Positions 37,304 through 48,891 of a stretch of DNA of 64,000 nt are shown here, one piece after another (position 1 is the first letter of the stretch; each line of letters starts with the position of its first letter). A model generated the notes under the pieces. The model did not search any database and had not been told where the DNA came from. It was given only the letters and a program-made list of their open reading frames with translations. The DNA is taken from contig OZ251229.1 of NCBI GenBank assembly GCA_965240325.2, forward strand, positions 496,001-560,000, given 5' to 3'. Source of the stretch: Rebecca billardiae RCC1528. Its lineage: Eukaryota; Protista; Haptophyta. A program made the translations under genes and the position numbers.

Positions 37304-38990
37304 TCATTCAGTCTTCACGCAGCCGGCGTGCCCCTCGAGCGCGCGCACGCACTCTGACTCGGCGGTGTCCCACGCCCACAGCCGCACGACCGCGTCGCTG
37401 TCGTCGCCCGCGCTCGCCGCGACGCGCCCGTCGGCCGAGAGTGCGACCGCCTCCACCCAGCCGGCGTGCGCTAGCAGCACAGCCTCGCACGGCCCGCGCG
37501 CGGCGAGCAGGGGCGCTCGCGCGCAGTGCTCGCGCCCGCGCGCCCAGCTGGCGCGGGCGGCCGGGTGCGCGGCGCGCGGCGCGCGCCGCGCCCACGCGGT
37601 CGCGGACTCGTGCGGCGCCGAGCCAACCGGCTGCTCGAGGCACAGCGCGAGGCAGCGGCCCGGCGCCGTGGCGGCGGCGGAGGCGCTCAGCCGCGCGAGC
37701 TGCAGCCAGTCCGCGACGCGCGCGCGCAGCGCCGCAGCCTCCGCGCGCGCGGCCGCGCCCGGCTCGCCGCCGCCGCCGCCGCGCGCGTCGGCGTCGGCGA
37801 GCGCCGCGGCCGTGTCCGCGAGGTCGCGCACGTACTCGGTCTCGAGGCCGTGCCGCGCGCGCGCCTCCCACCCGTCCGCGCCCGCGTCGGTGAGCTCGCG
37901 CGCCGCGTCGGCCGCGCGCCCGGCCGCGAGCAGCGCTTGCACTAGCTCCTCGCACCGGCGCACATTGAGCACGGCGGCGTCGCGGCCGGCGAAGGCCGAG
38001 GCGCGCGGCGGAGAGGAGCAGGGGCTGCGGCGCGACGCGCCGCCGCCCGTCCTCGCCGCCGGTGGCCTTCGGGTGGCGCAGCGGTTTGGCGGCCTCGCCC
38101 GCCCACGTGCCAGCCCAGAAATCTGCGAGCGCGTGCGCGTCGGCCGCGCGGGCGTACCGTGCCGCCGCCGCCTCGGCCACCCGATGAGGCGGTGGTACCA
38201 GCGCAAACAAAGGGCCGTCGCCGCCGGCGGCGAGCAGCGAGCCGAGCGCGTCGCGCACGGCGAGCCACACGGGCAGCCGCACCACCGCCGGCACCCAGAA
38301 CTCGAACACGGACGCCAGCACGTCCTCGTGCAGAGAGAGCGAGCCTCCTCCAGCTCGGCACTCGAGAGGCCGCGGCGCGACGCGCAGATGGCGCCGCACG
38401 CGCGCCGCACGAGCATCGCGCCGTGCAGCCGCTCGACGCGCTCGAAGGTGGCGGCGACGGCGGCGCGCGCGTCGGCGGGCAGGTGCGCGGGCGGCGGCTC
38501 GCCCGAGCGCCACTCCGCCGCCGCGTCGGCGAGCAGCACGGCGTGCAGCGCGCTCGGCGCCTCTCCGAGTGCCGAGCGCACCGCCTCGGCCTGCCGCGCG
38601 TCGAGCGTGCGCCCCGCCGCGCCGAGCCGGCCTCGCACCACCGCCTCCGCGTCCGCCGCCGAGAGCCCGCCGAGCTGCAGCGCGGGCACGCCCAGCTGCG
38701 CGAGCCGCGTCGCGCACCCGTAACGGTAGCCGCCAGCGTCACCGCAAGCGTCACCGCCAGCGTCAGCGCCCGAGTCGATCTGCGCCAAAAAGGACAGAGT
38801 CAAGAAGCGTGTCGCCGAGCGGCGCGGTGGAGACTCACCGTGGAGAGCAGCGCGGAGTAGCGCACGCGCTCGCCGCCCTCAAGCACCGCCTCGTGCTCGT
38901 GCGCCGCGAACGAGCGGCTCGCGCCGCCGTCCTCGCTGGAGCCCGACGTGACGACGCGGCTCCGCGGTCTGCGCGCGCGCAGCCGCGCAA
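37304..38990 (-). pseudogene. NACHT/WD40 (NWD1/2-like) gene fragment with multiple frameshifts
   Basis: Joined across two frames: ERVERLHG.MLVRRACG.I.ASRRGLS..ELE / LSL.EDVL..VF..W.P...RLP / WYHR / LADFW.G.W / QPL / LN.RR..EL, then one WD repeat (H..WV.AVA.S.DG...AS...D..V.LW); truncated at both ends. Confidence 0.75.
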
Positions 38991-39843
38991 GCACCTGGGT
39001 ATTTTTCGACCACGCTTGTCCCTAAGTGCGGCAGCTCAAAAAATGGCGTTTCGCTTCAAAGAATAATCGAATATACCAGCACCCTATGGGGGTTGAAAGA
39101 GATCGTACCTGTGCAAATACAAGAATTGATTGCCACCCGCATTGACGTCGCGCATCCGAGTAAGCTAGAGTGACCAAGAGTATATCACTCAATATCAGCG
39201 TGGCGGGAACGCCGGTTCGGGCTACCCGCGCAATGACATCTCGCGTGTATGAATCAAGGGTAATCAAGGGGCTTAAACCCGCCACTGAGAAGCTGACGGT
39301 TCATGACTTCATATGCCGGCATAATACTTTAATTCAAGCGACATAAAAGCCGACCCAACTTCTCTTTTCTATGGTTGGCGAGCTGTTTCAGGCTCTTACA
39401 ATTCAGGCATCTTACTATGACGGAATGTTCGAACACACGGCTGGTGTTATGTGCTATTCCACCCTGCATTCCCCTAAGTGTTACTATCGTTAAAATTAAG
39501 GGGCAGTACAAACGCAATCATTGGCAGCGATATCCATGCTCATACGCTAGGCCACCTACCGAAAAAACCCAAAATCCTGCGCGCGCATCCTCTTTTTGAT
39601 TTTGCGGAGCACGTGCGCCGCCCCCCCCGGCTTTCGCTCACGCTCAGACCTTTCGGGGGGGCCGTGCGCCATAATATGTGGATATATATATGATGGATCA
39701 TCGACTGCGCGGTTTCAAGCACGTGCGGCACGGCCACGGTCGTAAATGTCGGTCATCGTTATTAATCGTTATTAGTAGTGAGACGGTGCCGTCACGTGGC
39801 GCCGCGGCGCCCCAGTCACCTGGGCCAGTCACTCACTCACATA

Positions 39844-40719
39844 ACTCACTCGGTAGACCCACATGAGAGTAGATTGAGGTGGGGGCCGCGTTGATAAACG
39901 CGTGAGGTGACTAGGTCACACCCCCGAAGCCGTCCAGGATGCGACGCCGACCAGGAAGGACTCGCCGATGCATTCGAGCAACTACGCCGACAGAAGCCGA
40001 TGACCGCCTAGACCGAGTAGACGCCGAAGAGGAAGTACTCGATGGAGCACGTAGACCGCAGGCGCTGGCAGCCGACGCCCCCCCCCCCCCCCCAACGCAA
40101 GTTTGGGCAGAGCGCGGCGCCCCAGGAGGCAGAGGCCTCGAGGGCCTCCACCCCCCCGACACCGCGCGCACCCAAGGCCATGCCCACCCAGCAACCAGCA
40201 GGGTGGGAGGGCAGGGAGAAACAACTCCCAGAGGAGGAGCAGCCACCAGCGCAGCGGTGACCAGAGCAGCCACGCCGGCCGCAGCGCCGCGGGTGCAGCC
40301 AGCGAGCGCGGCCGCACCCAGACGCGCATCGCTTGCCGAGCAGCTGCTGAGCAAATCCAGACCCGCGCCCAATCCGGGCCTGGCTCGGCTTGACGACCGG
40401 AAAACCTCCAGGCAGCCGGACCCTGGCTGCCAGCCCGCCCTCATGAGGGCTACCGGTGAATTATACCCGCATAACCGAGCGGTTATACAACCATAACTCA
40501 CTCGGTAGACCCACATGAGAGTAGATTGAGGTGGGGGCCGCGTTGATAAACGCGTGAGGTGACTAGGTCACACCCCCGAAGCCGTCCAGGATGCGACGCC
40601 GACCAGGAAGGACTCGCCGATGCATTCGAGCAACTACGCCGACAGAAGCCGATGACCGCCTAGACGCCGAAGAGGAAGTACTCGATGGAGCACGTAGACC
40701 GCAGGCGCTGGCAGCCGAC

Positions 40720-40751
<32 letters not shown>

Positions 40752-41843
40752 CGCAAGTTTGGGCAGAGCGCGGCGCCCCAGGAGGCAGAGGCCTCGAGGG
40801 CCTCCACCCAGAAGGAGGTGTGGAATGCCACACCCCGCAGGGGTGGTGGCCGGGGGCCCGAAGAGGCCGAGGCCGCCGAAGGGGTAGCGCGAGGACCGAA
40901 GGCGGCAGAGGCCCAGAGGGGCTCCCCGCAGGGTTGTATGAGTAAGGACGATCCAGACGGCATGCGACAGTGGGCACGAAGACATGCGCGGCGGCGGCGG
41001 CGCAGGCGGGGAGCAGGCGCGAGACACGCACGCGTAGCGTCAGATAAGGTAGCAGGTCGCATCCCACACACAGCAGTGCACGGCAGACTGCAGAGGAGGC
41101 GGCAGAGAAGGAGAGAGCAGCACCCACCCGCCAGGCGATGAAGGCAAGCGAGACTGCGAAGCGTGAGAAGATTGCAGACGGGGACGCCTGGGAGCGGTTC
41201 CCAGGCGCCCCCATCGAAAGCAGAGCATGAGAAGATTGCAGACGGGGACGCCTCGAAGCGGTTCCGAGGCGCCCCCATCGAAAGCAGAGCATGAGAAGAT
41301 TGCAGACGGGGACGCCTCGAAGCGGTTCCGAGGCACCCCCATCGAAAGCAGAGCATGAGAAGATAGATTGCAGACGGGGACGCCTCGAAGCGGTTCCGAG
41401 GCGCCCCCATCGAAAGCAGATAGAGCATGAGAAGATTGCAGACGGGGACGCCTCGAAGCGGCTCCGAGGCGCCCCCATCGAAAGCAGAGAGCAAGCAGGG
41501 CAGGTGCACGAGTGGAGAGAGCGAGGGCTGAGGGCGGCCTACCGCCGACGCACACGCACCTGGAAGAAACAACTCCCAGAGGAGGAGCAGCCACCAGCGC
41601 AGCGGTGACCAGAGCAGCCACGCCGGCCGCAGCGCCGCGGGTGCAGCCAGCGAGCGCGGCCGCACCCAGACGCGCATCGCTTGCCGAGCAGCTGCTGAGC
41701 AAATCCAGACCCGCGCCCAATCCGGGCCTGGCTCGGCTTGACGACCGGAAAACCTCCAGGCAGCCGGACCCTGGCTGCCAGCCCGCCCTCATGACGAGGG
41801 CTACCGGTGAGTTATACCCGCATAACCGAGCGGTTATACAACC
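39844..41843 (-). mobile_element. Non-autonomous split-direct-repeat retroelement, copy 2
   Basis: Collinear with 28604-30560 end to end (ACTCACTCGG...TTATACAACC), with the same AACC-ATA-ACTC internal junction at ~40489-40499 and the 64-bp array at ~41165-41490. Confidence 0.8.
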
Positions 41844-42129
41844 TAGACACCGTAGTCCGAGTCGGCGGCCCCGGGAGTGCCCCGGCTTAGACCGCTTTCG
41901 CTCACGCTCAGCCTTATTTTAGCGGGGGCGTGCGCCATAATTCATTGATGGACCGTAATGGCGGGGCTGCCAGCCGCACTCGCAGCCGGCAGCGGGCGGC
42001 AGCCAACTCGCGTCCCAGCGCGTCCCGGAACCGGACCGGACCGCCAGCGCCACGGCCACCGTCGACGGGCAGCCACGGGCAGCCTGCCGGGCAGGGGCCG
42101 CAGGGCAGTGGACCGGTCGCTGACGCACA

Positions 42130-42987
42130 CTAGCCCAGAGCGTCGATATCCATCGGGACCGTGTCGCCCTCACTCTCGATGCGGTGGCTCTGTGTCGAAG
42201 CCCCGCTCTCGCCGCCACCGCCGCTGCTCACACCCGCGTTTGCAACGCTCACGAGCGGCTTGACCGCGCTCGCCTCAGAGTCAGGCGCGCTCGGCACGCC
42301 AACAACGCTTATGGTGGTCGTTACCATCAGCAGCTTTTCGAGGGCAGACATGAGCTTTCGGGTCGAGCGGAACCACCTGTGCGGCGCCTCGAGGAGCTCG
42401 CAGCATCGCTGCAGTGTGAAGGGTGGCCTGCGCGTGCGCAGAGCGGTGGAGCGCATGCGAGGCGCAAATGACCGTCAGCGCCGTGCGAGCAATGGAACGT
42501 GCGACGACGGCGCGCTGCGGAGTGAGCGCACCTGTCGAACGACTGTAGGAGCCCAACCAGACGGTCCCGCCACTCCCCGAATTCTGTACGCCGCTCTTGG
42601 TCGTCGCAGTCCGGACAACGCTCATAGTAATCCGCAAGCACCTGCGCCAGCGTGGCCGCCGCGCCAGAGGGTCAGGCGTGTGGGTGCGGCCAGAATGCGC
42701 CGGCTGGGCGCGGCGCTCACCTCTCGTAATCGAGTCAACACGATCTGTTTCAGGTCGTTCCACGGAAGCCTGCGGCGAGCGGAGGAAAGGCGCGCAGGCC
42801 GCGCAGGCCAGCGCGGTGGCGGGCGGACTCAGCCGGACGCGGCCCGCGCCTTGCCTTGAAGCGCCGCGCAGGGGCGGAGCGCGTACGCTGGCTGCCCCGT
42901 GGTTGCGGTCTGTGCGAGTGCGGCCCGCTCCTCTGCGGTCAGAGCCGAAGACTGTGCGCTCGGCGTCGGCGCGCTGTCGTCCAGCAT
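42130..42987 (-). CDS. PPP4R2: Protein phosphatase 4 regulatory subunit 2, 4 exons (42987-42887, 42769-42721, 42641-42532, 42427-42130)
   Basis: Spliced product L..TATTG...LPWNDLK...L.SF.RPPFTLQRCCELL..P........KLM.ALEK matches the PPP4R2/Psy4 signature; all introns are GT-AG and preserve frame. Confidence 0.85.
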
Positions 42988-43102
42988 GGCCGTCGCGTGC
43001 GGCGGCGATCGCGGCCAAGCCGCGCGACGCTGCCGCTGCCCACCGATCTGAGATGACGATGGCTGCCGCCCGCGCGATACCGCCCTTGGTGAGGCAGATC
43101 TA

Positions 43103-46100
43103 CAGGGGTCTCAACAATTAAACGTCACATTCTGACTGAGCTGCACGCCACTGCTCACCCTGCCCCCCTGGGCTGATCCAGGTGGCCCCCACGGCCCGTG
43201 CACGACGGTTTCGACCCAGCGCGTCAGCCCCAGCGCGCGTGGGCTGGAGTTGGGCACACCAGCAGGTCACACGGCTGCAGGCGTACAGCCTGTCGCAGCT
43301 GGCCAGATCCTGCCGCAGGCTTGTCGTCACTGGTCGCGGGCCGTGTGCCCACACAGGCCAGGCCTAAATTGTGCTTGGCAGTGGATCTGGTACCCCCTAG
43401 GGTGGGCTGCATGCCACCTGGGGGGGAGCTCATGGGATGCAGCTGCTGTGGCACAGTGCCCAATCCCGCACCCCCACCTGCGCAAGGACCTGTCGGGTCA
43501 GCTCCCCTGCACTGGGAGGCCAGCAGCAGCGCCCGCTGACACACCCCGAGGGTGGCCAGCCACCCGACTTGAGGGGGCTGGAGTGGGGCTGGTGCAGCCA
43601 AGAGCTCTGCAGCCCAGCTGCTGGTGGCTGGCCTGCATGGATTTTCAAGCTGACCACCCACTGCTGCCTGCCGCACCCCTCGCTGCACCCACCTGGGCTG
43701 CTGCACATGCGCGCTCTGGATGGCACCACAGCCCAGCATGGAGAGCTGGCCAAGCAGCCACCCACTCGTCAGAATGGCCAGGGAGTGGGCTGTGCTAGAC
43801 CACATCTAGCCAGGCAATCAAGTGCTCACATGCCTGTCCAGTGGCACAAACAGAGATACAGCTAATTGTTGAGACCCCTGTGCGGGGTCGGATGCACTTG
43901 CACATCATCACCCAGGCTCAGCAGGAGCCCAACAATGGCTCTTATGAGCAAGAGCAGCTGCGCATGTCACGCCAGACCTGTGAAAGATGCCACTAGGGAC
44001 CAGCCCAGCTCGATCTGACCGGCAACCTCGCTGGTCTGGCACCGCTCATAGCGGCTGCACAGCCACTAGCCAGCCGTGGGCCACCCCACTGGCGCCCACT
44101 GGCAGCAGGGCAGACGTAGCATCTGGGCTCGGGCTAGGTGATGAAACCGGGGCTGCCGTTCGGCCCAGGCGGCCCGTACGGGTCGCGTACGACACGCCAG
44201 GCCCGATCCTGCCCATCATCTAGCTGGTTTGGCACCGCTCATAGCTGCTGCACAGCCAGCTGTGGGCCACCCCACTGGCGCCCACTGGCAGCAGGGCAGA
44301 CGTAGCATCTGGGCTCGGGCTAGGTGATGAAACCGGGGCTGCCGTTCGGCCCAGGCGGCCCGTACGGGTCGCGTACGACACGCCAGGCCCGATCCTGCCC
44401 ATCATCTAGCTGGTTTGGCACCGCTCATAGCTGCTGCACAGCCAGCCGTGGGCCACCCGCACTGGCGCCCACTGGCCGCAGGGCAGACGTAGCATCTGGG
44501 CTCGGGCTAGGTGATGAAACCGGGGCTGCCGTTCGGCCCAGGCGGCCCGTACGGGTCGCGTACGACACGCCAGGCCCGGTCCTGCCCATCATCTAGCTGG
44601 TCTGGCACCGCTCATAGCGCTGCACAGCCAGCCGTGGGCCACCCCACTGGCTCCCACTGGCCGCAGGGCAGACGTAGCACCTGGGCTCGGGCTAGGCGAT
44701 GGAAGAGGGGCTGCCGTTCGGCCTGGGCGGCCCGCACGGGTCGCGTACGACACGCCAGGCCTGCTTCTTGTGCCACGCCCTGCATTGCAGGGCAGTGAAG
44801 CCGAACTTGGTGCCAACATCTTAGGGGTGGACACCTGCATCTGCATGAGGTAGGTGATGATGGCCTTGGCCCCTCATATGGGGTGTACTGGCCAGGGCCA
44901 GCTGGTGCTTGTGAGCACCGTCACGGGCTGACCAAGGTGCCTTCTCTTCTTGCCACCTGGCTTGGCCACCATCAGGCACGTAATGAGCGTGGGCTTCACC
45001 ATCGCGCGAGTTGCGCCCGCCAGTGGCCGCCCACCGGCCACCTTTCGCGGGGTTGCATGGTAGCGGCCGGCCAAACTGTTTGCGTTTGCCCGCGAATCCG
45101 GCGGGCCCGCAAAACGCCTTTCCGAGTCGAGCGAACGCATCACGCCCGGAAGCTGCTTCGGAAGGCCGACCCGACGCCTGTCGGAATCGAGACTTTGAGC
45201 TTGATTCGGGCGCGAGAGTCCAGCCGCCAGCAGCGAGCTGCCAAAGTCAGCCGCCGCATGGACCCCTGCGATGGCAGCCGCACTCGGGCGGCGTTGCCAG
45301 GCATGGCTGTACCAGCCCTGGCGGATGTTTCCGTGCTCAAATCAGCGCACTGCAGGGACTCATGGGCCCAACTTGGCATTGTACGACTGCCAGGCCCTGC
45401 CCCCTGCCTCCCCAGGGGCAGAATCACCCCTGCCGTAGCCCTCTCGCACCAACCGTGAGAGCAATCCTTGAACAAAACAAAGCAGTGTGCTGCAGAAGAT
45501 CTAGGTCTTCTCGCACGAAAGCAGGCTTGCATTCCGTCCTACCAACATGGTGGCGGATCACCCACAAAGCCATGGTGCCTATCCATGCCTGGCTTGTTCT
45601 ACTGGCACAGGGGTCTCAACAATTAAACGTCACATTCTGACTGAGCTGCACGCCACTGCTCACCCTGCCCCCCTGGGCTGATCCAGGTGGCCCCCACGGC
45701 CCGTGCACGACGGTTTCGACCCAGCGCGTCAGCCCCAGCGCGCGTGGGCTGGAGTTGGGCACACCAGCAGGTCACACGGCTGCAGGCGTACAGCCTGTCG
45801 CAGCTGGCCAGATCCTGCCGCAGGCTTGTCGTCACTGGTCGCGGGCCGTGTGCCCACACAGGCCAGGCCTAAATTGTGCTTGGCAGTGGATCTGGTACCC
45901 CCTAGGGTGGGCTGCATGCCACCTGGGGGGGAGCTCATGGGATGCAGCTGCTGTGGCACAGTGCCCAATCCCGCACCCCCACCTGCGCAAGGACCTGTCG
46001 GGTCAGCTCCCCTGCACTGGGAGGCCAGCAGCAGCGCCCGCTGACACACCCCGAGGGTGGCCAGCCACCCGACTTGAGGGGGCTGGAGTGGGGCTGGTGC

Positions 46101-46385
46101 AGCCAAGAGCTCTGCAGCCCAGCTGCTGGTGGCTGGCCTGCATGGATTTTCAAGCTGACCACCCACTGCTGCCTGCCGCACCCCTCGCTGCACCCACCTG
46201 GGCTGCTGCACATGCGCGCTCTGGATGGCACCACAGCCCAGCATGGAGAGCTGGCCAAGCAGCCACCCACTCGTCAGAATGGCCAGGGAGTGGGCTGTGC
46301 TAGACCACATCTAGCCAGGCAATCAAGTGCTCACATGCCTGTCCAGTGGCACAAACAGAGATACAGCTAATTGTTGAGACCCCTG
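43103..46385. mobile_element. Composite Tc1/mariner/pogo-like insertion: two 778-bp TIR-bounded modules in direct repeat around a 1.7-kb core, TA at the outer flanks
   Basis: 43103-43880 matches 45608-46385. Each module ends in the 18-bp TIR CAGGGGTCTCAACAATTA / TAATTGTTGAGACCCCTG. TA at 43101-43102 and 46386-46387. Confidence 0.8.
44031..44761. repeat. Tandem array, ~4 x 186-193 bp
   Basis: CTGGT(C/T)TGGCACCGCTCATAG at 44031, 44224, 44410 and 44597. Confidence 0.92.
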
Positions 46386-46499
46386 TAGAGCGCGTGAAGC
46401 CAGCAACTCATTTTCCGCCCGCATCACGAGCGAGCCTTGGCGCCATTGCCCATCTGCGCGGCCGGGTGGGGGCCCGAGGCCCGCGCCCCCGGTGGAGCG

Positions 46500-48071
46500 A
46501 TGGCATGGCGGCTGGAGACGCTCGAGCACGAGAACAAGAAGCTCAAGCTCCGCGTCGACCAGGTCGAGCGTGAGAACCGCGAGCTGAAGCGCTCGCTGTA
46601 CGAGCTGAGCGCTCGGCACAACATCATGATCGGCAGCCTGCGCAAGCACGACGGCCACGCGTTTGACGTCAACAGCCTGCTCGCGGGCGTGGGCGACATC
46701 GAGGCCGAAGACATCGAGACAGCCGAGTCCGCGTGGGAGCAGTCCAAGGGCGCGACTCCGCCGTCAAAGCCTGGCGGCTCGCGGCTCGGCGGCGCTGGCT
46801 CCACGCGTGACACGTCGGACGCGCCGCTCTTCCAGTACAAGTACGACCTGCGCGGGCACCAGGGCTCGGTGTACATGGTCCAGTTCTCGCCGTCGGGCCA
46901 GCTGGTCGCCTCGGGCGGCTTCGACAAGACGGTGCGCGTGTGGGACATCGAGCGCCCCGCGCGGCAGGAGGAGGTGCTCTGCCTGAACGGCCACACGATG
47001 AACGTCTCAGACGCGGCGTGGAGTGCAGACTCGTCGCTGCTGCTCTCGGGCTCCTTCGACCAGACGGTGAAGGCGTGGAACGTGGGCAACGGCCAGCTGC
47101 TCGGCACGTGGCGCGTACCCTCCGAGGCCTTCGTGCAGAAGGTCACCTTCCGCCCCGCCTCCGAGGGCGCCGTCTTCCTCGTCGGCACCACGCAGAAGCT
47201 GATCCTCGGGTACGACCGGCGCATGGCCGACTCGAGCGTGCCGGCGTTCACGCTCGAGAACAACGCGATGGTGAACACGCTGTGCTGCTACGGCGACGGT
47301 AACCTGGTGCTCTCGGGCGACAAGCACGGCCAGCTCAAGACGTGGGATCTACGCTCGCTCAGCTGCGCCGAGTGCCTGCACAACGGCGAGAACTCCAAGC
47401 CGATCTCGCACATCGAGCTCTCCGCGCCGGTCGAGACGGTCGAGCACGACGGCTACGACGACGGCCGCTACGTCGCGGTCAACTCGTACGACAACGTGCT
47501 GCGCGTATACGACCGCGGGCACCAGCGCAGGCGAATGGAGCTCAAGCACTCGCTCAAGGGGCACCACAACAAGAACTGGCCGATCCGCTCCTCGTTCTTT
47601 GTGGGCAAGCACTACCACCGCGCGCGGCCGATGCAACGCCGGCTGCCGTCGTCCGAAGGTGCCGACGACGGCGGCGGCGCGGGTGCGAGCTGCCTCGCGG
47701 GCAACGGCAGCGCTCCCGGCGGTCTCGCTGGCCTCGCCACCGGTGGCGTCGGGAACGGTGCGCACCTCGCGAACGGCACGCCGTCGATCAGCGACGCAGC
47801 CGCCGACCGTCACGACGACCCGCGCGGTGGCAAGCAGTCGGTGCACGACACGATGCTCCTTGCGTCCGGCTCGGCAGACTCACGCGTGTACATCTTTGAT
47901 ATTGGCGGCAGCGCACCCGGTGGCTCGCGGCTTGTGCAGCGCCTCGAGGGCCACCAGGACCGCGTCCACTCCGTCAGCTTTCACCCGCGCGACCCGCTGC
48001 TCGCCACATGCTCGGCCGACTTCTCCATTAAAATCTGGGGGGCCAAGGCGGAGCGTTACCGCAATGCCTGA
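46500..48071 (+). CDS. WD40-repeat protein with an N-terminal coiled coil
   Basis: LEHENKKLKLRVDQVERENRELK coiled coil, then several GH...WD repeats (GHQGSVY.V.FSP.G..VASG.FDKTVRVWD etc.). Confidence 0.9.
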   Translation: MAWRLETLEHENKKLKLRVDQVERENRELKRSLYELSARHNIMIGSLRKHDGHAFDVNSLLAGVGDIEAEDIETAESAWEQSKGATPPSKPGGSRLGGAGSTRDTSDAPLFQYKYDLRGHQGSVYMVQFSPSGQLVASGGFDKTVRVWDIERPARQEEVLCLNGHTMNVSDAAWSADSSLLLSGSFDQTVKAWNVGNGQLLGTWRVPSEAFVQKVTFRPASEGAVFLVGTTQKLILGYDRRMADSSVPAFTLENNAMVNTLCCYGDGNLVLSGDKHGQLKTWDLRSLSCAECLHNGENSKPISHIELSAPVETVEHDGYDDGRYVAVNSYDNVLRVYDRGHQRRRMELKHSLKGHHNKNWPIRSSFFVGKHYHRARPMQRRLPSSEGADDGGGAGASCLAGNGSAPGGLAGLATGGVGNGAHLANGTPSISDAAADRHDDPRGGKQSVHDTMLLASGSADSRVYIFDIGGSAPGGSRLVQRLEGHQDRVHSVSFHPRDPLLATCSADFSIKIWGAKAERYRNA

Positions 48072-48891
48072 TCGGTGGAGTGCCGTGGAGTCGCGTCGCC
48101 TGCGTCACGCGAGTTTCGAATTCGACGCGCCAGCGGCGGCACGGGCCGTCTGCGGTGTTGAGGCGACTGGTCAGCGGTTCCAACCGCCGCGGCCGCGCTT
48201 CTGACAAGCGCGCGAGTTGGACTTGGAAGCATTGATGACGTTAAGCTACCACTGAGTACCCGAGCAGCACTGGAGTTAGCCTGCAAAGTGCAGTCGGACA
48301 GGCCGCAGGTCCGCCGACTGACGTCTGACCGACACAGTCACACAGTCAAGACCGCGTAAGACGTACTACCGAGTGGCGAGTACGGACTAAGTAAGACAGT
48401 ACCGGTCGGCGGGTCGCCGAGTGTGCATCCACACTGACACTGCCACAGTGCTACTGAGTACTGCTCACAGTACTCACTAGATCTATAGCCGCCATGCGTA
48501 GTACTTAGTAGTTAGTATAACGGATGAGTCATGTCTCATGAGCCGAGTTGACGGTCATGACTCACATGAGTCGGACTGACACGGTCTACTTACTGATGAG
48601 TCTGAGTCGTAAGAGTAGTAGTGAGTAGTACTCCGCGAGCTAGTATGTGCTGCTCGCACTCTGACTCGTCTGCCCGTCGCGGACTCGGACTCGGTTGACG
48701 AATGACGGGTCAGTGACTGACGCCAGTGACGGGAGTGACGGGTCAGCGACAGCATAGATAGATCTCCGGGACTAATGCTGATACGAGTTTTATAACTAAC
48801 TACGACGTCGTACGTATACGGTATGAGAAGTGTGAGTGACGCGACTCCGCCCGCGGTGTCTGATGATTGATCATGATGATGCCCGGTATCA

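Noticed and set aside
43103-46385. LTR retrotransposon (TRIM/LARD) interpretation
   Set aside because: No TG..CA termini, PBS, PPT or 4-6-bp TSD; 18-bp TIRs with TA flanks fit a DNA transposon better.
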